From positions 455,208 to 519,207 of the forward strand of contig MPNC01000003.1 in NCBI GenBank assembly GCA_002238825.1: a stretch of DNA of 64,000 bases, given 5' to 3'. This stretch comes from SAR202 cluster bacterium bin87. Its GTDB lineage: Bacteria > Chloroflexota > Dehalococcoidia > Lucifugimonadales > UBA3495. The notes under the pieces were generated by a model. It worked only from the letters and a program-made list of their open reading frames with translations, ran no database searches and was not told the origin of the DNA. A program made the position numbers and the translations under genes. Of the stretch, positions 1 through 8,594 are shown piece after piece; within the stretch, counting starts at the first letter, position 1; every line of letters starts with the position of its first letter.

Positions 1-1280
1 ATGGACAGCGCGGGCAGGTTTGCGAGGTTGAAGGGAGCGGTGAACCCACGGCGCCCCTTGAAACCGGCGATGACGTCCTCCTTGGTGCCCAGGCCCGTGG
101 ATTGGGGAATCAGCGTGGCGGGAACCGAGGAGGCCGGCATGATCAGCACGTCCACGTCATCCAGCGCCGCCAGTATCTGGCTGCGGAGCACGTCGCGCAG
201 GCGGGCCGATTTCTGGTAAACCTTGGCCGGAAGAATGCTGCCCATGAGAAGGCGCACCTGGTTGTTGTGGTCCAGTTCCCGCAGGCGGTCGGTCGAAATG
301 ATGTCCCAATTCAGCATGGCCGCGTCACTGCTGATGATGCCGTAAGAGATTTCGGACGAATTGACGATGAGCGGGATCGACACCTCGCTCACGTCGGCGC
401 CCAACCCGGCCAGCACGCCGGCGGCGGCGATAATGGCGTCGCGCACCTCGGGGTCGTTGGCGTCGGTGTGCACGCGCTCGGATATCAGGCCGACCTTCAG
501 ACCCTCGATGTCGCCGTCGAGAGCCGCGGCGTAGTCGGGGACCGGAACGTCCCACGACTGTGGGTCCAGGGGATCGTGGCCGGCGATGGCGGCCAGGGTG
601 TGAGCGCAGTCGGTGACGGTGCGCGAGATGGGGCCGGCCGTATCCATGGACCAGCTGGCTCCGAACACCCCATGCCGGCTCACCAGGCCCAGGGTCGGCC
701 GGATGCCGACAAGGCCGCAGAATGACGCGGGCCCACGGATGCTGCCGCCGGTGTCCTCGCCCAGCGAGGTGGCGCACAGGAACGCGGCGGTGGCAGCTCC
801 GGAACCGCTGCTGGAGGTGCCGGGGTTGCGGTCCGTGTCCCAGGGATTGCGCGGCCGACCGTAGGGGTGGCGGAAGGCGTCGCCGCTGGCGTATTCGCTC
901 ATGTTGAGCTTGCCCAGCAGCACGGCGCCGGCTTCCTTGAGGCGCGTCATGATGGTCGCATCCTCGTCGGGAATGTTCTCGCCGAGGATCGTCGACCCAT
1001 TGGTGGTCAGGATGCCGGCCGTGTCGAACTGGTCTTTGACTGCCACCGGGACACCGTGGAGCGGGCCGCGCCGGTTGCCGGCCGCGATTTCGGCGTCAGC
1101 GCGGCGAGCGTCCTCGCGGGCTCGGTCTGGGGTAACGGTGATGTAGGAAGCGTAGTTGCCATCCAGCGTGGCGATGCGCTCCAGGTAAGCTTCGGTGGCC
1201 TCCAGGGACGTTACTTCACCGGCGGCGATGCGCTCGCCCAATTCGGTTGCCGACAGGTAGCAAAGGTTCGCGTTGGCCAT
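1..1280 (-). CDS. Amidase signature (GatA/AtzE-like) protein, 3' end runs off the window
   Basis: Not in the ORF track. Translated manually from ATG at 1280: MANANLCYLSATELGERIAAGEV... KDQFDTAG, GKLNMSEYASG, PGTSSSGS, GEDTGGSIRGPASFCG (Ser-cisSer-Lys amidase signature). Confidence 0.93.
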   Translation of the reverse strand, partial: MANANLCYLSATELGERIAAGEVTSLEATEAYLERIATLDGNYASYITVTPDRAREDARRADAEIAAGNRRGPLHGVPVAVKDQFDTAGILTTNGSTILGENIPDEDATIMTRLKEAGAVLLGKLNMSEYASGDAFRHPYGRPRNPWDTDRNPGTSSSGSGAATAAFLCATSLGEDTGGSIRGPASFCGLVGIRPTLGLVSRHGVFGASWSMDTAGPISRTVTDCAHTLAAIAGHDPLDPQSWDVPVPDYAAALDGDIEGLKVGLISERVHTDANDPEVRDAIIAAAGVLAGLGADVSEVSIPLIVNSSEISYGIISSDAAMLNWDIISTDRLRELDHNNQVRLLMGSILPAKVYQKSARLRDVLRSQILAALDDVDVLIMPASSVPATLIPQSTGLGTKEDVIAGFKGRRGFTAPFNLANLPALS

Positions 1281-1483
1281 CACGGGCCCTCCTGCTTGCG
1301 CGCCGTCGCGGACACGATGATCGGCAGCGGCTGGATGTTGGCAACGTCCGGCTCGGTGATGGCTTCCAGGGCCTCGAGCAGGCCGTTCAGCGATTCCCTC
1401 ACCTCGGCGACCAGATCGTCGGGGATGTTGATGTCCGCGGCTTTTGCCAAAGCCCGAACATCGGCGTCGTTCAAATCTGCCAC
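1280..1483 (-). CDS. Small GatC/AtzG-like helical partner of the amidase
   Basis: 67 aa; DVRALAKAADINIP...LNGLLEAL pattern; stop overlaps the amidase start (TGATG). Confidence 0.7.
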   Translation of the reverse strand: MADLNDADVRALAKAADINIPDDLVAEVRESLNGLLEALEAITEPDVANIQPLPIIVSATARKQEGP

Positions 1484-1544
1484 TATGCACCTCGCAGGGA
1501 AGAGCGCCGAGAAGCCGGCAGGCTCGTCGGATCAGGGTGTCGCA

Positions 1545-1573
1545 ATTTTGTGCGGGGCGGCCGACGTTGTCAA
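1545..1573 (-). promoter_or_regulatory. Sigma70-type promoter for the amidase pair
   Basis: TTGACA-N17-CAAAAT on the minus strand. Confidence 0.55.
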
Positions 1574-1671
1574 CTGGATCGTACGGAGCAATCAGTCCCG
1601 TTCGTGCTGGATTTGATGGTAAAATTGCCGCCGTTCAAATTATGGCTAATTCATCCGCGAGTTAACAACAA

Positions 1672-2976
1672 ATGCAGGCCCAAATCGCCAAGCCGATACC
1701 CCAAATACTTCGGGTTTCCAACTTTGTACAGGAGTTTTCGTTGCCACTGATACTGGGCGCGGTACTGGGTTTGGTCGCCGCCAACGTCAACCAACACTGG
1801 TACGAGTGGCTGATCGAGTTCAATCCGTTCGGTGGGCATGCTTCGGTATTCGGTCATGAGATGACCCTTCATTTCATGGTCAACGGCATGTTCATGTGCC
1901 TGTTCTTCGGGATCGCCACCAAGGAAATCACCGAGTCGACGCTGCCGGGCGGGGTGCTCAACCCGCTGCGCCGGGCCATCAACCCGCTGGCCGGCACCCT
2001 GGGCGGGGTCTTCGGACCCGTCGGGATGTACTTTGCGCTGACGTGGATCATCTACGGTGGCACCGACGACTTCTCGGCGGTGGCCAACGGGTGGGCCATC
2101 CCCACCGCCACCGACATCGCCCTGGCGTGGCTGGTGGCAAGGGTGGTGTTCGGACCGTTGCATCCGGCGGTGAATTTCCTGCTTCTGCTGGCGGTGGCCG
2201 ATGACGCCATCGGACTCGTCATTATTGCCGTTTTCTACCCTGACCCCCACCATCCGGTGGAACCCATCTGGCTGCTCTTCGTCGTGGGTGGCATGGCCGT
2301 CACGTACATCATTCGCCGTTTCCGCGTCCGGTGGTGGCCCGTGTACATCCTGGCCGGGGGAGCGCTGTCCTGGGTCGGCCTGGCCAAGGCCGGCGTGGAG
2401 CCGGCCCTGGCGCTGGCGCCCATCGTACCGTTCATGCCCTATGGCGGCCACAGCGAGGAACCGCATGCGGAGGATGCACACGACCACGGCGCCGAGGCGG
2501 CCCCTCACCCCCACGCCATCGAGCACACTGGCCACGGCGTGCTGGAGCAGTTTGAGCATCAGCTCAAGCCCTTTGTGGACTACGGCCTGCTGGTCTTCGC
2601 CTTTGCCAATGCCGGCGTGGCCTTCTCCAGCATAGGATGGGTCACGATGATGGTGCTGGCGTCGTTGATCGTCGGCAAGGCCATCGGCGTCACGCTGTTC
2701 TCCTGGGTGGCGTCCCTGATGGGCTTCCCGCTGCCGACGGGGATGGGAGTGAGGCACCTGGTAGTGACCGGAGTGATCGCGGGATTGGGGCTTACGGTGG
2801 CGCTGTTTGTGGCCGGAAAGGCGTTTCCCGGCGACTCACCGTTCCAGGAGCCGGGTAAGATGGGAGCAGTGTTGAGCATCGGCGCCGCCCTGGTGGCATA
2901 CATTCTGGGCAAGGTATTGCACGTGCGCCAGGAAGGCCTGAGGTCCAGGCTGGTTCTCCCATGGAGACGCGGCTGA
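1672..2976 (+). CDS. nhaA: Na+/H+ antiporter NhaA
   Basis: GWAIPTATDIALA, LLLLAVADD, GLGLTVALFVA motifs; many TM segments. Confidence 0.93.
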   Translation: MQAQIAKPIPQILRVSNFVQEFSLPLILGAVLGLVAANVNQHWYEWLIEFNPFGGHASVFGHEMTLHFMVNGMFMCLFFGIATKEITESTLPGGVLNPLRRAINPLAGTLGGVFGPVGMYFALTWIIYGGTDDFSAVANGWAIPTATDIALAWLVARVVFGPLHPAVNFLLLLAVADDAIGLVIIAVFYPDPHHPVEPIWLLFVVGGMAVTYIIRRFRVRWWPVYILAGGALSWVGLAKAGVEPALALAPIVPFMPYGGHSEEPHAEDAHDHGAEAAPHPHAIEHTGHGVLEQFEHQLKPFVDYGLLVFAFANAGVAFSSIGWVTMMVLASLIVGKAIGVTLFSWVASLMGFPLPTGMGVRHLVVTGVIAGLGLTVALFVAGKAFPGDSPFQEPGKMGAVLSIGAALVAYILGKVLHVRQEGLRSRLVLPWRRG

Positions 2977-3066
2977 CGGCGGCCGAAAGGTCGCCGCGAC
3001 AGCCAGCCCAAGGACGGACTGCTCAACCAACCGTCCCAAGACCAACCTTCCCAAGGAGGAATACCG

Positions 3067-3360
3067 ATGGCATTGATTGGCGTACTGACCCATCACTGGG
3101 CGAAGGATGACCGGGTGGAGGAGGCGAAGGCACTCCTCGACCGCAACGGCGTGGCGCAGAGCAAAGCGCCGGGCTTCGGCGCGCGTCACACCTTCATCTC
3201 GCTGGGCGATCCCACCAAGATCTCGACCCTGGTCACCTGGGATAGCAACGAGATTTACGACGTGTGGCGAGCCAGCCCTGAACGCGCCGTCGCCATGGCC
3301 GGCGCGGAAGAACTGTGGTCCCGCCCTCCGGAGTCCGAGCGCTTCGAGATGCAGGACTGA
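3067..3360 (+). CDS. Antibiotic biosynthesis monooxygenase (ABM) family protein
   Basis: 97 aa; APGF...TLVTWDS..YDVW pattern; AAGGAGG RBS. Confidence 0.75.
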   Translation: MALIGVLTHHWAKDDRVEEAKALLDRNGVAQSKAPGFGARHTFISLGDPTKISTLVTWDSNEIYDVWRASPERAVAMAGAEELWSRPPESERFEMQD

Positions 3361-3378
3361 CCCTGGGTTAGGGCGGGT

Positions 3379-4365
3379 TCACCCTCGGGATAGCAGCGCG
3401 TCCGGGTTGACGAGCCCATCCAGCAAGTCGGCCATCCGCTCCGCCTTGTGCCGCGCGTGGGGCACGATGGCGCCCATCAGGTCTCCAACGGCGTCGGCGG
3501 TAGCCACGGTGCCCTGATCCACCAGGAGCATCGGCACGTTCTTCTTGGCCGCTTCGACCCGGATGTATTCCGTGGGCCGGGAGCCGCCGGTGAGTACCAG
3601 GCATCGGGTGTCCTGCATCAGGGATGCCATCTGGATGTCGGGCCGTTCGGCGCGGGTGATCACCGCCTGGTGATCGTGGCGCCCGAAATAGCCGGCGCCG
3701 GAGTCCATGATGTTGCCGCCGATGAGGAACCGGTCGATCCATTCGTCACCGTTGTCCGGCTCCAGTTCCCAACGGCCGCCCAGGTTGGATTGCAGTTGGT
3801 CCAGGTTGAGCGACAACATTGGCCGATCTTCCGGTAGCGCGCCGATCACCGGCAGTCCGGCGGCCGACAGTTCGGAAAGGAGCGACGCGACGCGCTGGGC
3901 CCGATATCGGGGCGTTTGATTGATGATCACGCCGGCAAGGCGGGGTCCGAGCGTGGCTACGGCGCTGGAAACGCCCACCGACGACAGGTCAGGCTCGTAC
4001 CCGAAGATTGCCAACACACGAGCATCCAGTCGCTCCGCCAAACCAGAGACGATGGGTGAAGCCGCGCCGGGACCGGTGGCAGGGTTGGCCACCTCAGCGA
4101 GCACGTGATCGCTGATGCCGGTCAATGAACGCACCGCGCTGGCCGCGGAGTCGAGGCCGGCGTCGTCTTCGGAGGATGCCACGGCGCTCCCGCCACGGAA
4201 ATGTTGCGCGAAGTAGATCGCATCCGCGTCGGTGCGTCCGGCCGGCGATACCGGCTTGCATACGGATGCCCTGACGCCCGACCGGGCAATGAGAGTCGCT
4301 ACGCCCGTGGCAACGGAAGTCTTGCCGGCGCCGGGTTGATGAGAGGCTACGAGGAGGACAGACAT
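3379..4365 (-). CDS. BioD-like P-loop/DRTGG domain (phosphotransacetylase N-terminal family) protein
   Basis: GAGKT P-loop; ITRAERPDIQ...CLVLTGG DRTGG motif. Confidence 0.85.
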   Translation of the reverse strand: MSVLLVASHQPGAGKTSVATGVATLIARSGVRASVCKPVSPAGRTDADAIYFAQHFRGGSAVASSEDDAGLDSAASAVRSLTGISDHVLAEVANPATGPGAASPIVSGLAERLDARVLAIFGYEPDLSSVGVSSAVATLGPRLAGVIINQTPRYRAQRVASLLSELSAAGLPVIGALPEDRPMLSLNLDQLQSNLGGRWELEPDNGDEWIDRFLIGGNIMDSGAGYFGRHDHQAVITRAERPDIQMASLMQDTRCLVLTGGSRPTEYIRVEAAKKNVPMLLVDQGTVATADAVGDLMGAIVPHARHKAERMADLLDGLVNPDALLSRG

Positions 4366-4391
4366 AAGGCGACCGGCCGGATCAGGCGCGG

Positions 4392-5093
4392 CTAGTAATC
4401 ATCCACCCGGTTCTCGATGAAGTTGGGGTCAAAACCGGGCGGGAAGTTGGTGGTGTCATCCCACTTGCCCATGGTCATGTCGCAGCGGTGCAGGCTGGCC
4501 TGGTCGAAATTGGCGCCGCGCATGTCGGTCATGATCCACATCGAGTCGCGGATCTTGGCGGAGGTAAAATCGGCCCCGCTCAAGATTGCGCGGCTCACAT
4601 CGGCTCCGTTCAGGTTCGCGCCCTGCCAGTTGGAGTTGGTCAGGTTGGCGGAACGCAGGTCGACCTCGATGGCGGTGACCTGGCTGCAGTCGGCGTCGGT
4701 CAGGTCGGTGTTGAGGAACGAAGCCCGATTGAGGCGAGACCACTGCAGGACGGCCTCGTGCATGTTGGACTGCTTGAGGTCGGCCCAGAACAGGTTGACG
4801 TTGCGCAGGATGGTCATCGCCATCTGCGCTGAGGCCAGGGTCGCGCCGTAGAGGTCGGCGCCCGTGAAATCCGCGGCGCGCAGGTCGCAGCGGGACAGGT
4901 TGGCCCGGGTCAGGCGGGAGTCCGCCAGGGACGCGCCTCTAAGGTCGGCATCCCGCAGGTCCACACCCGCCAAATCCTGTCCCGACAGGTCGGCGGCGCG
5001 CAGGTCGAGATGCACGTCGGGGTTTGCGGAACGCCATGCCGCCAGGGCATCTTTACCGGCGGTGACGGCGGCTACGTGATCGGCATTGGCCAT
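4392..5093 (-). CDS. Pentapeptide repeat protein
   Basis: Long A(D/N)Lxx repeat tract. Confidence 0.92.
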   Translation of the reverse strand: MANADHVAAVTAGKDALAAWRSANPDVHLDLRAADLSGQDLAGVDLRDADLRGASLADSRLTRANLSRCDLRAADFTGADLYGATLASAQMAMTILRNVNLFWADLKQSNMHEAVLQWSRLNRASFLNTDLTDADCSQVTAIEVDLRSANLTNSNWQGANLNGADVSRAILSGADFTSAKIRDSMWIMTDMRGANFDQASLHRCDMTMGKWDDTTNFPPGFDPNFIENRVDDY

Positions 5094-5411
5094 CTAAGCA
5101 TTTCTCGCTGCGGCGATCTCATCCTCGACGTCGAAGACGCGCTCGGCGACCACCATCTTGAGCTCGTTGACCTTGCTGTAGCCCGGGTACTCGTCGCCGT
5201 CTTCGTCGAAGCGGTCGAAAATCTTGTCGCCGTCCAGGTAGATTTCGAGGCGTCCCTTGTCGGCGGGAGTGAGCTTGATCGCGATATCACCGGCGTTTTG
5301 GGAGCGCCAGAATTCGGTCGCCAGCCACGTGGCGAGGCCGTGGTAGCCTCAAGGCACGCAGTAGACGATGTCGACTTCAACTTTGCCGAACTCGGACCTG
5401 GTCATTGTCAT
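5094..5411 (-). CDS. Rdx (SelW/SelT/SelH) family selenoprotein, 105 aa, in-frame UGA read as Sec at codon 21
   Basis: MTMTRSEFGKVEVDIVYCVP(UGA)GYHGLATWLATEFW...LTPADKGRLEIYLDGDKIFDR...YP; CxxU motif; TGA at 5349-5351; TAG stop abuts the next ATG. Confidence 0.85.
5316..5339 (-). promoter_or_regulatory. Candidate bacterial SECIS hairpin
   Basis: UCGCCA-CGUGGC-UGGCGA stem-loop; the loop starts after 19 nt past the UGA and has G at loop position 2. Confidence 0.6.
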
Positions 5412-5483
5412 TGTGGTTGCTCCAATCTTCGAAAACGTTCGTGTCGGATTACGATGCCCGGCCTTGAACCGATTCAATCAGCT

Positions 5484-5840
5484 TTACAGTCTCTCGAGCA
5501 GACGGATGAAATCCGCCATCTGCCCTTTGCCGTGGCGGATTTCATCACTGTTCGGCGGCCAGCCATAGAATCGTGAATGAAACGAGCTTGCCGATGTGTA
5601 GTATGTGTACAGAAGCGGTGGGGCGCCCTCGTCGTCAATCAAGCGCATCACGGTATCAGCCAAGGCGTTGTGCGATCCGTGAAACCAACCTCTACGCTCG
5701 GCAACGGCTTTAATGGCATGGGCGGCCGCTCCCCACAGCTTGTTGCTGGCCTCCTCAAGCTCGCCGCGCTCGACTTCGTCGTCCACCAGATCGAGAAAAT
5801 GCCAGCTCCGTTCAGCGTGATAGTCGACAGTGGTGGTCAT
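5484..5840 (-). CDS. PaREP1/HEPN-like protein
   Basis: EASNKLWGAAAHAIKAVA...SH...FHSRFY pattern. Confidence 0.75.
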   Translation of the reverse strand: MTTTVDYHAERSWHFLDLVDDEVERGELEEASNKLWGAAAHAIKAVAERRGWFHGSHNALADTVMRLIDDEGAPPLLYTYYTSASSFHSRFYGWPPNSDEIRHGKGQMADFIRLLERL

Positions 5841-5877
5841 GGCAGGTTCTCAGGATAGAGCGAAGTGGTCGGACGGG

Positions 5878-6300
5878 CTAGCCGACGCGGGCGCTGGCCT
5901 GGCCGACGGCGGTCTTGTCGCCGTTCTGGTTCTCGCAGTAGACGTCCACCGTGACCAGCGTGGTGCCGTCGTCCTGCGGCTCGCGGCTGTTGACCTGCCC
6001 GTGGACACTGACGGTGTCGCCGTGCTTCACCGGGCGCAGGAACTTGAGGTTCACGTTGCCGGATCGGTGGAAGTCGTCGGCGCCGATGAACTTCCGCATG
6101 GCCTCGGTGCAAAAGGCGATGCTCATGCGGCCGGAGGCGATGGCGTAGGTGGTGCCGAGGCGCTTGGACGCCAGTTCAGGGTCGTTGTGGATGTTGGACC
6201 GGTTGAGGATCCCGCAGGCCTCAAACTGGTTGATGACATCCTGGGTGATGTGCTTGGTGATGACGGGGAGAGTTTCGCTGTCTAGCCTTGGGGATGCCAT
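5878..6300 (-). CDS. MaoC-family (hot-dog fold) dehydratase
   Basis: NIHNDPELA..., LKFLRPVKHGDTV. Confidence 0.85.
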   Translation of the reverse strand: MASPRLDSETLPVITKHITQDVINQFEACGILNRSNIHNDPELASKRLGTTYAIASGRMSIAFCTEAMRKFIGADDFHRSGNVNLKFLRPVKHGDTVSVHGQVNSREPQDDGTTLVTVDVYCENQNGDKTAVGQASARVG

Positions 6301-6707
6301 TTCTTGCCCAACTCCTCGGGTTTCTTGATCTGGTAGGTGCGCATCTTCTCGATGAGCCGGCCGTCTTCGTCGGTGGCCGTAGCCTCGATGACGAGGTAGG
6401 GCTTCTCGCGGCGAACGAACTTGTCGTGGATTCGGCCGGTGACGCTGATCTTCTTGCCGGGGACCGGCGGGTTGAAGAGGTCAACCTCGTTGCCCGCGTT
6501 GATGCTGCCGGTCTGGTCGTCGTAGGCGAGGGCCAGCGACGTGGCGTCGTGCTTGACGGCGATGGTGGGGAAAACGGCGTCGGGGTCGTCCACGGCGCGG
6601 CGGTAAATATCCACCATCTCCTGGGTCAGAACGTACTCGTAGGAACCCAGTTCCTCACCCACCTCGACCTCGTTGTAATCGAAGAGAGGCAGTTCTTGTT
6701 CGGCCAT
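6282..6707 (-). CDS. MaoC-like hot-dog fold protein (likely partner subunit)
   Basis: INAGNEVDLFNPPVPG...GRIHDKFVRREKPY; overlaps the downstream MaoC gene. Confidence 0.8.
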   Translation of the reverse strand: MAEQELPLFDYNEVEVGEELGSYEYVLTQEMVDIYRRAVDDPDAVFPTIAVKHDATSLALAYDDQTGSINAGNEVDLFNPPVPGKKISVTGRIHDKFVRREKPYLVIEATATDEDGRLIEKMRTYQIKKPEELGKKWHPQG

Positions 6708-6746
6708 AATGGGACACTCCCAATATCGTTTGCTGGTGCGGCACTA

Positions 6747-6775
6747 ACGATACCGCAGGGCGCAACGGGCGTCAA
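6747..6775 (-). promoter_or_regulatory. Sigma70-type promoter of the maoC operon
   Basis: TTGACG-N17-TATCGT. Confidence 0.5.
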
Positions 6776-6808
6776 TCGGCGCGCTCATGCGTACCGACTT
6801 TCGCAAAT

Positions 6809-7062
6809 CGTCAGAATCAAGATTTGAGGATTTGCAGGATTGGGGCCGTCCGATGGGAGGGGGCCCCAATCCTGCAAATCCAAAGCCTTTCCAAAGTGGT
6901 TTTTGTCATTGCGAGCGCAGCGCGGCAATCTCGCTCCGGGGACATGACCCATACGGGAAAGCCTTGTTGCATCGACGGGATTGCCACGTCGCCCCGCTCT
7001 TCGCAATGACTTTGGGAAGGCCCTGCTGCAAACCCCAAAGCTTGAAAATCCTGATTCTGACG
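6809..7062. repeat. Palindromic repeat family D (GTCAGAATCAGGATT...AATCCTGATTCTGAC) interrupted by a MITE
   Basis: Inverted ends match the copies at 49553-49647 and 57834-58109. Confidence 0.8.
6881..7025. mobile_element. 145-bp MITE (CAGGGCCTTTCCAAAG-type TIR) carrying a family A palindrome
   Basis: Near-identical to 43709-43853; flanked by CTGCAAATC/CTGCAAACC 9-bp TSD (1 mismatch). Confidence 0.85.
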
Positions 7063-7249
7063 TTTCCCCTCCGCAAGCTGGGTACGCGCGGGAGGGCGCA
7101 CCGCGCGGGTGAGCCCATGTCCCAACCGATGAAGGGCAAACTCGTGCAGGCGTCCCATCCCCCTGCTCAAACGCCCGGGGATTGGACGCCTGCTGAATTG
7201 TCTGCCCGAGTTAGCCGGGAAGACGGAGGCGCCGGGATTGGCGACGTCC

Positions 7250-7570
7250 TCAGGTCGCGCGCTTATCGTAGAGAACGACCAGGTTTCCCTTCGAGGCTTC
7301 GTGACCTTTCATGATGTGCCCGGTGAAGAGCAGGCCCTTGTTCAAGGCTGTAAGGGTTTCGAAGCTGGCTGACGCCAATTCCGCAGCAGACAGAACGGCC
7401 GGATTGAATATGAACACCCGGTTGACTTGCCCGGTACCCAGCCGGCCCCGTTTGGATACGTAGCGCATCTCCGCGGCGTCCTGCGACGCGACGCCAAAGG
7501 TCCTGGATAATTCCAGGATCAACTCTCGCGAAAGTTCCTGGACCTGTTTGCCGAATGGCCATAGTTTCAT
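7250..7570 (-). CDS. Hypothetical protein (106 aa)
   Basis: ATG with GGAG RBS; protein-like composition. Confidence 0.7.
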   Translation of the reverse strand: MKLWPFGKQVQELSRELILELSRTFGVASQDAAEMRYVSKRGRLGTGQVNRVFIFNPAVLSAAELASASFETLTALNKGLLFTGHIMKGHEASKGNLVVLYDKRAT

Positions 7571-7602
7571 TGCTTTTCTCCAGTCTGTGCGCCGGGATTT
7601 GA

Positions 7603-7633
7603 AGAGGGGAGGCGCATTTCGCGCCTCCCCTCT
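7603..7633 (-). terminator. Hairpin/terminator after the zinc-ribbon gene
   Basis: 13-bp perfect stem AGAGGGGAGGCGC/GCGCCTCCCCTCT; weak U tail. Confidence 0.6.
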
Positions 7634-7645
7634 CCGTTTGGGATC

Positions 7646-7972
7646 CTAGTACCTGCCGGTGTTGGCTGGTGTGCCCTGTTGTCTGAAGCAGTCGCTGCAG
7701 TACACGGGGCGGTCGCCCCGGGGACGGAAGGGAACCATGGTGTCCAGTCCGCATTGTGCGCAAACGGCCGGATGCATTTCACGGCCACCCCGGTCGGACC
7801 CGCCGCCGAAGCCATCGTCGTTGCGTTGGGCTCGCCTCGCCTGGCGGCAGGACGGGCAGCGCTTGGGCTCGTTGGTGTAGCCCTTCTCGGCGTGGTACGC
7901 CTGATCGTCAGCGCTGAAGGTGAAGGGTTGGCCGCACTCGGTGCAGGAGAGGATCCGGTCCTGGTAGGTCAT
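7646..7972 (-). CDS. Zinc-ribbon + CxxC-x17-CxxC domain protein
   Basis: CTECG..F.FS..DQ.Y..KGY.NEPKRCPSCR and CAQCG..VPFRP...PVYCSDCF. Confidence 0.92.
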   Translation of the reverse strand: MTYQDRILSCTECGQPFTFSADDQAYHAEKGYTNEPKRCPSCRQARRAQRNDDGFGGGSDRGGREMHPAVCAQCGLDTMVPFRPRGDRPVYCSDCFRQQGTPANTGRY

Positions 7973-8177
7973 TCGTTACCCCTTTTGATGAATAGTTGAC
8001 AAGTATACTGGGCCACCGAGGTAAGAACCGCAAAGGGACAGGTGAGGCCCAGAGGGGAACTGACGAGGAACCGAAGTGTGAGCCTGGCTGCAAGAGAGCG
8101 GCCGGGGGAACTCAGAGTACCGCCACGCATACAGGGTACCACAGAACCCCGACCATGAATGCGCCGGACCGGCCAGG

Positions 8178-8464
8178 CAGGGCCGGTATAAAGTCGTTTC
8201 ATCCGCTCATGGTGAGCCCGTTGAACGCTCATGGTGAGCCCGTTGAACGCTCATGGTGAGCCCGTTGAACGCTCATGGTGAGCCCGTCGAACGCTCATGG
8301 TGAGCCCGTCGAACGCTCATGGTGAGCCCGTCGAACGCTCATGGTGAGCCCGTCGAACGCTCATGGTGAGCCCGTCGAACCATCCACCGATTTGCCAGAA
8401 TCATCCTTCGACAAGCTCAGGATGAGCGGTAAAAGGGCTATAAGGCGACTTTGCACCGGCCCTG
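8178..8464. mobile_element. MITE-like element (CAGGGCCGGT[A/G][T/C]AAAGTCG TIR) carrying a family C palindrome with an amplified arm
   Basis: Imperfect TIRs at 8178-8196 and 8446-8464; TSD is not convincing. Confidence 0.65.
8205..8380 (+). repeat. Tandem array 8 x 22 bp GCTCATGGTGAGCCCGT(T/C)GAAC
   Basis: Contiguous units without spacers; the first 3 end TTGAAC and the last 5 end TCGAAC. Confidence 0.97.
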
Positions 8465-8594
8465 CGGCTCCGAGCCAGCTCCGACCGCTACGCACGGTCT
8501 CGCGGAACCCGAAGCTTGGGCACTTTGTTGTAGAATTGGCCGTCACTTAATCCCTGGCCGCACCCTGCACGGGCGGCCCGCACCGGAGGAGCCC

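Noticed and set aside
6785-7314. ORFs overlapping repeats (also 27000-27426, 43510-44118, 53341-53712, 57797-58139) and N-terminal extensions of 8451, 28559 and 43974
   Set aside because: They translate repeat DNA (ASAARQSR/CHCERS peptides); real starts with an RBS lie downstream
8205-8380. CRISPR array
   Set aside because: The repeats are contiguous with no spacers, no cas genes are present, and the unit is an arm of a dispersed palindrome
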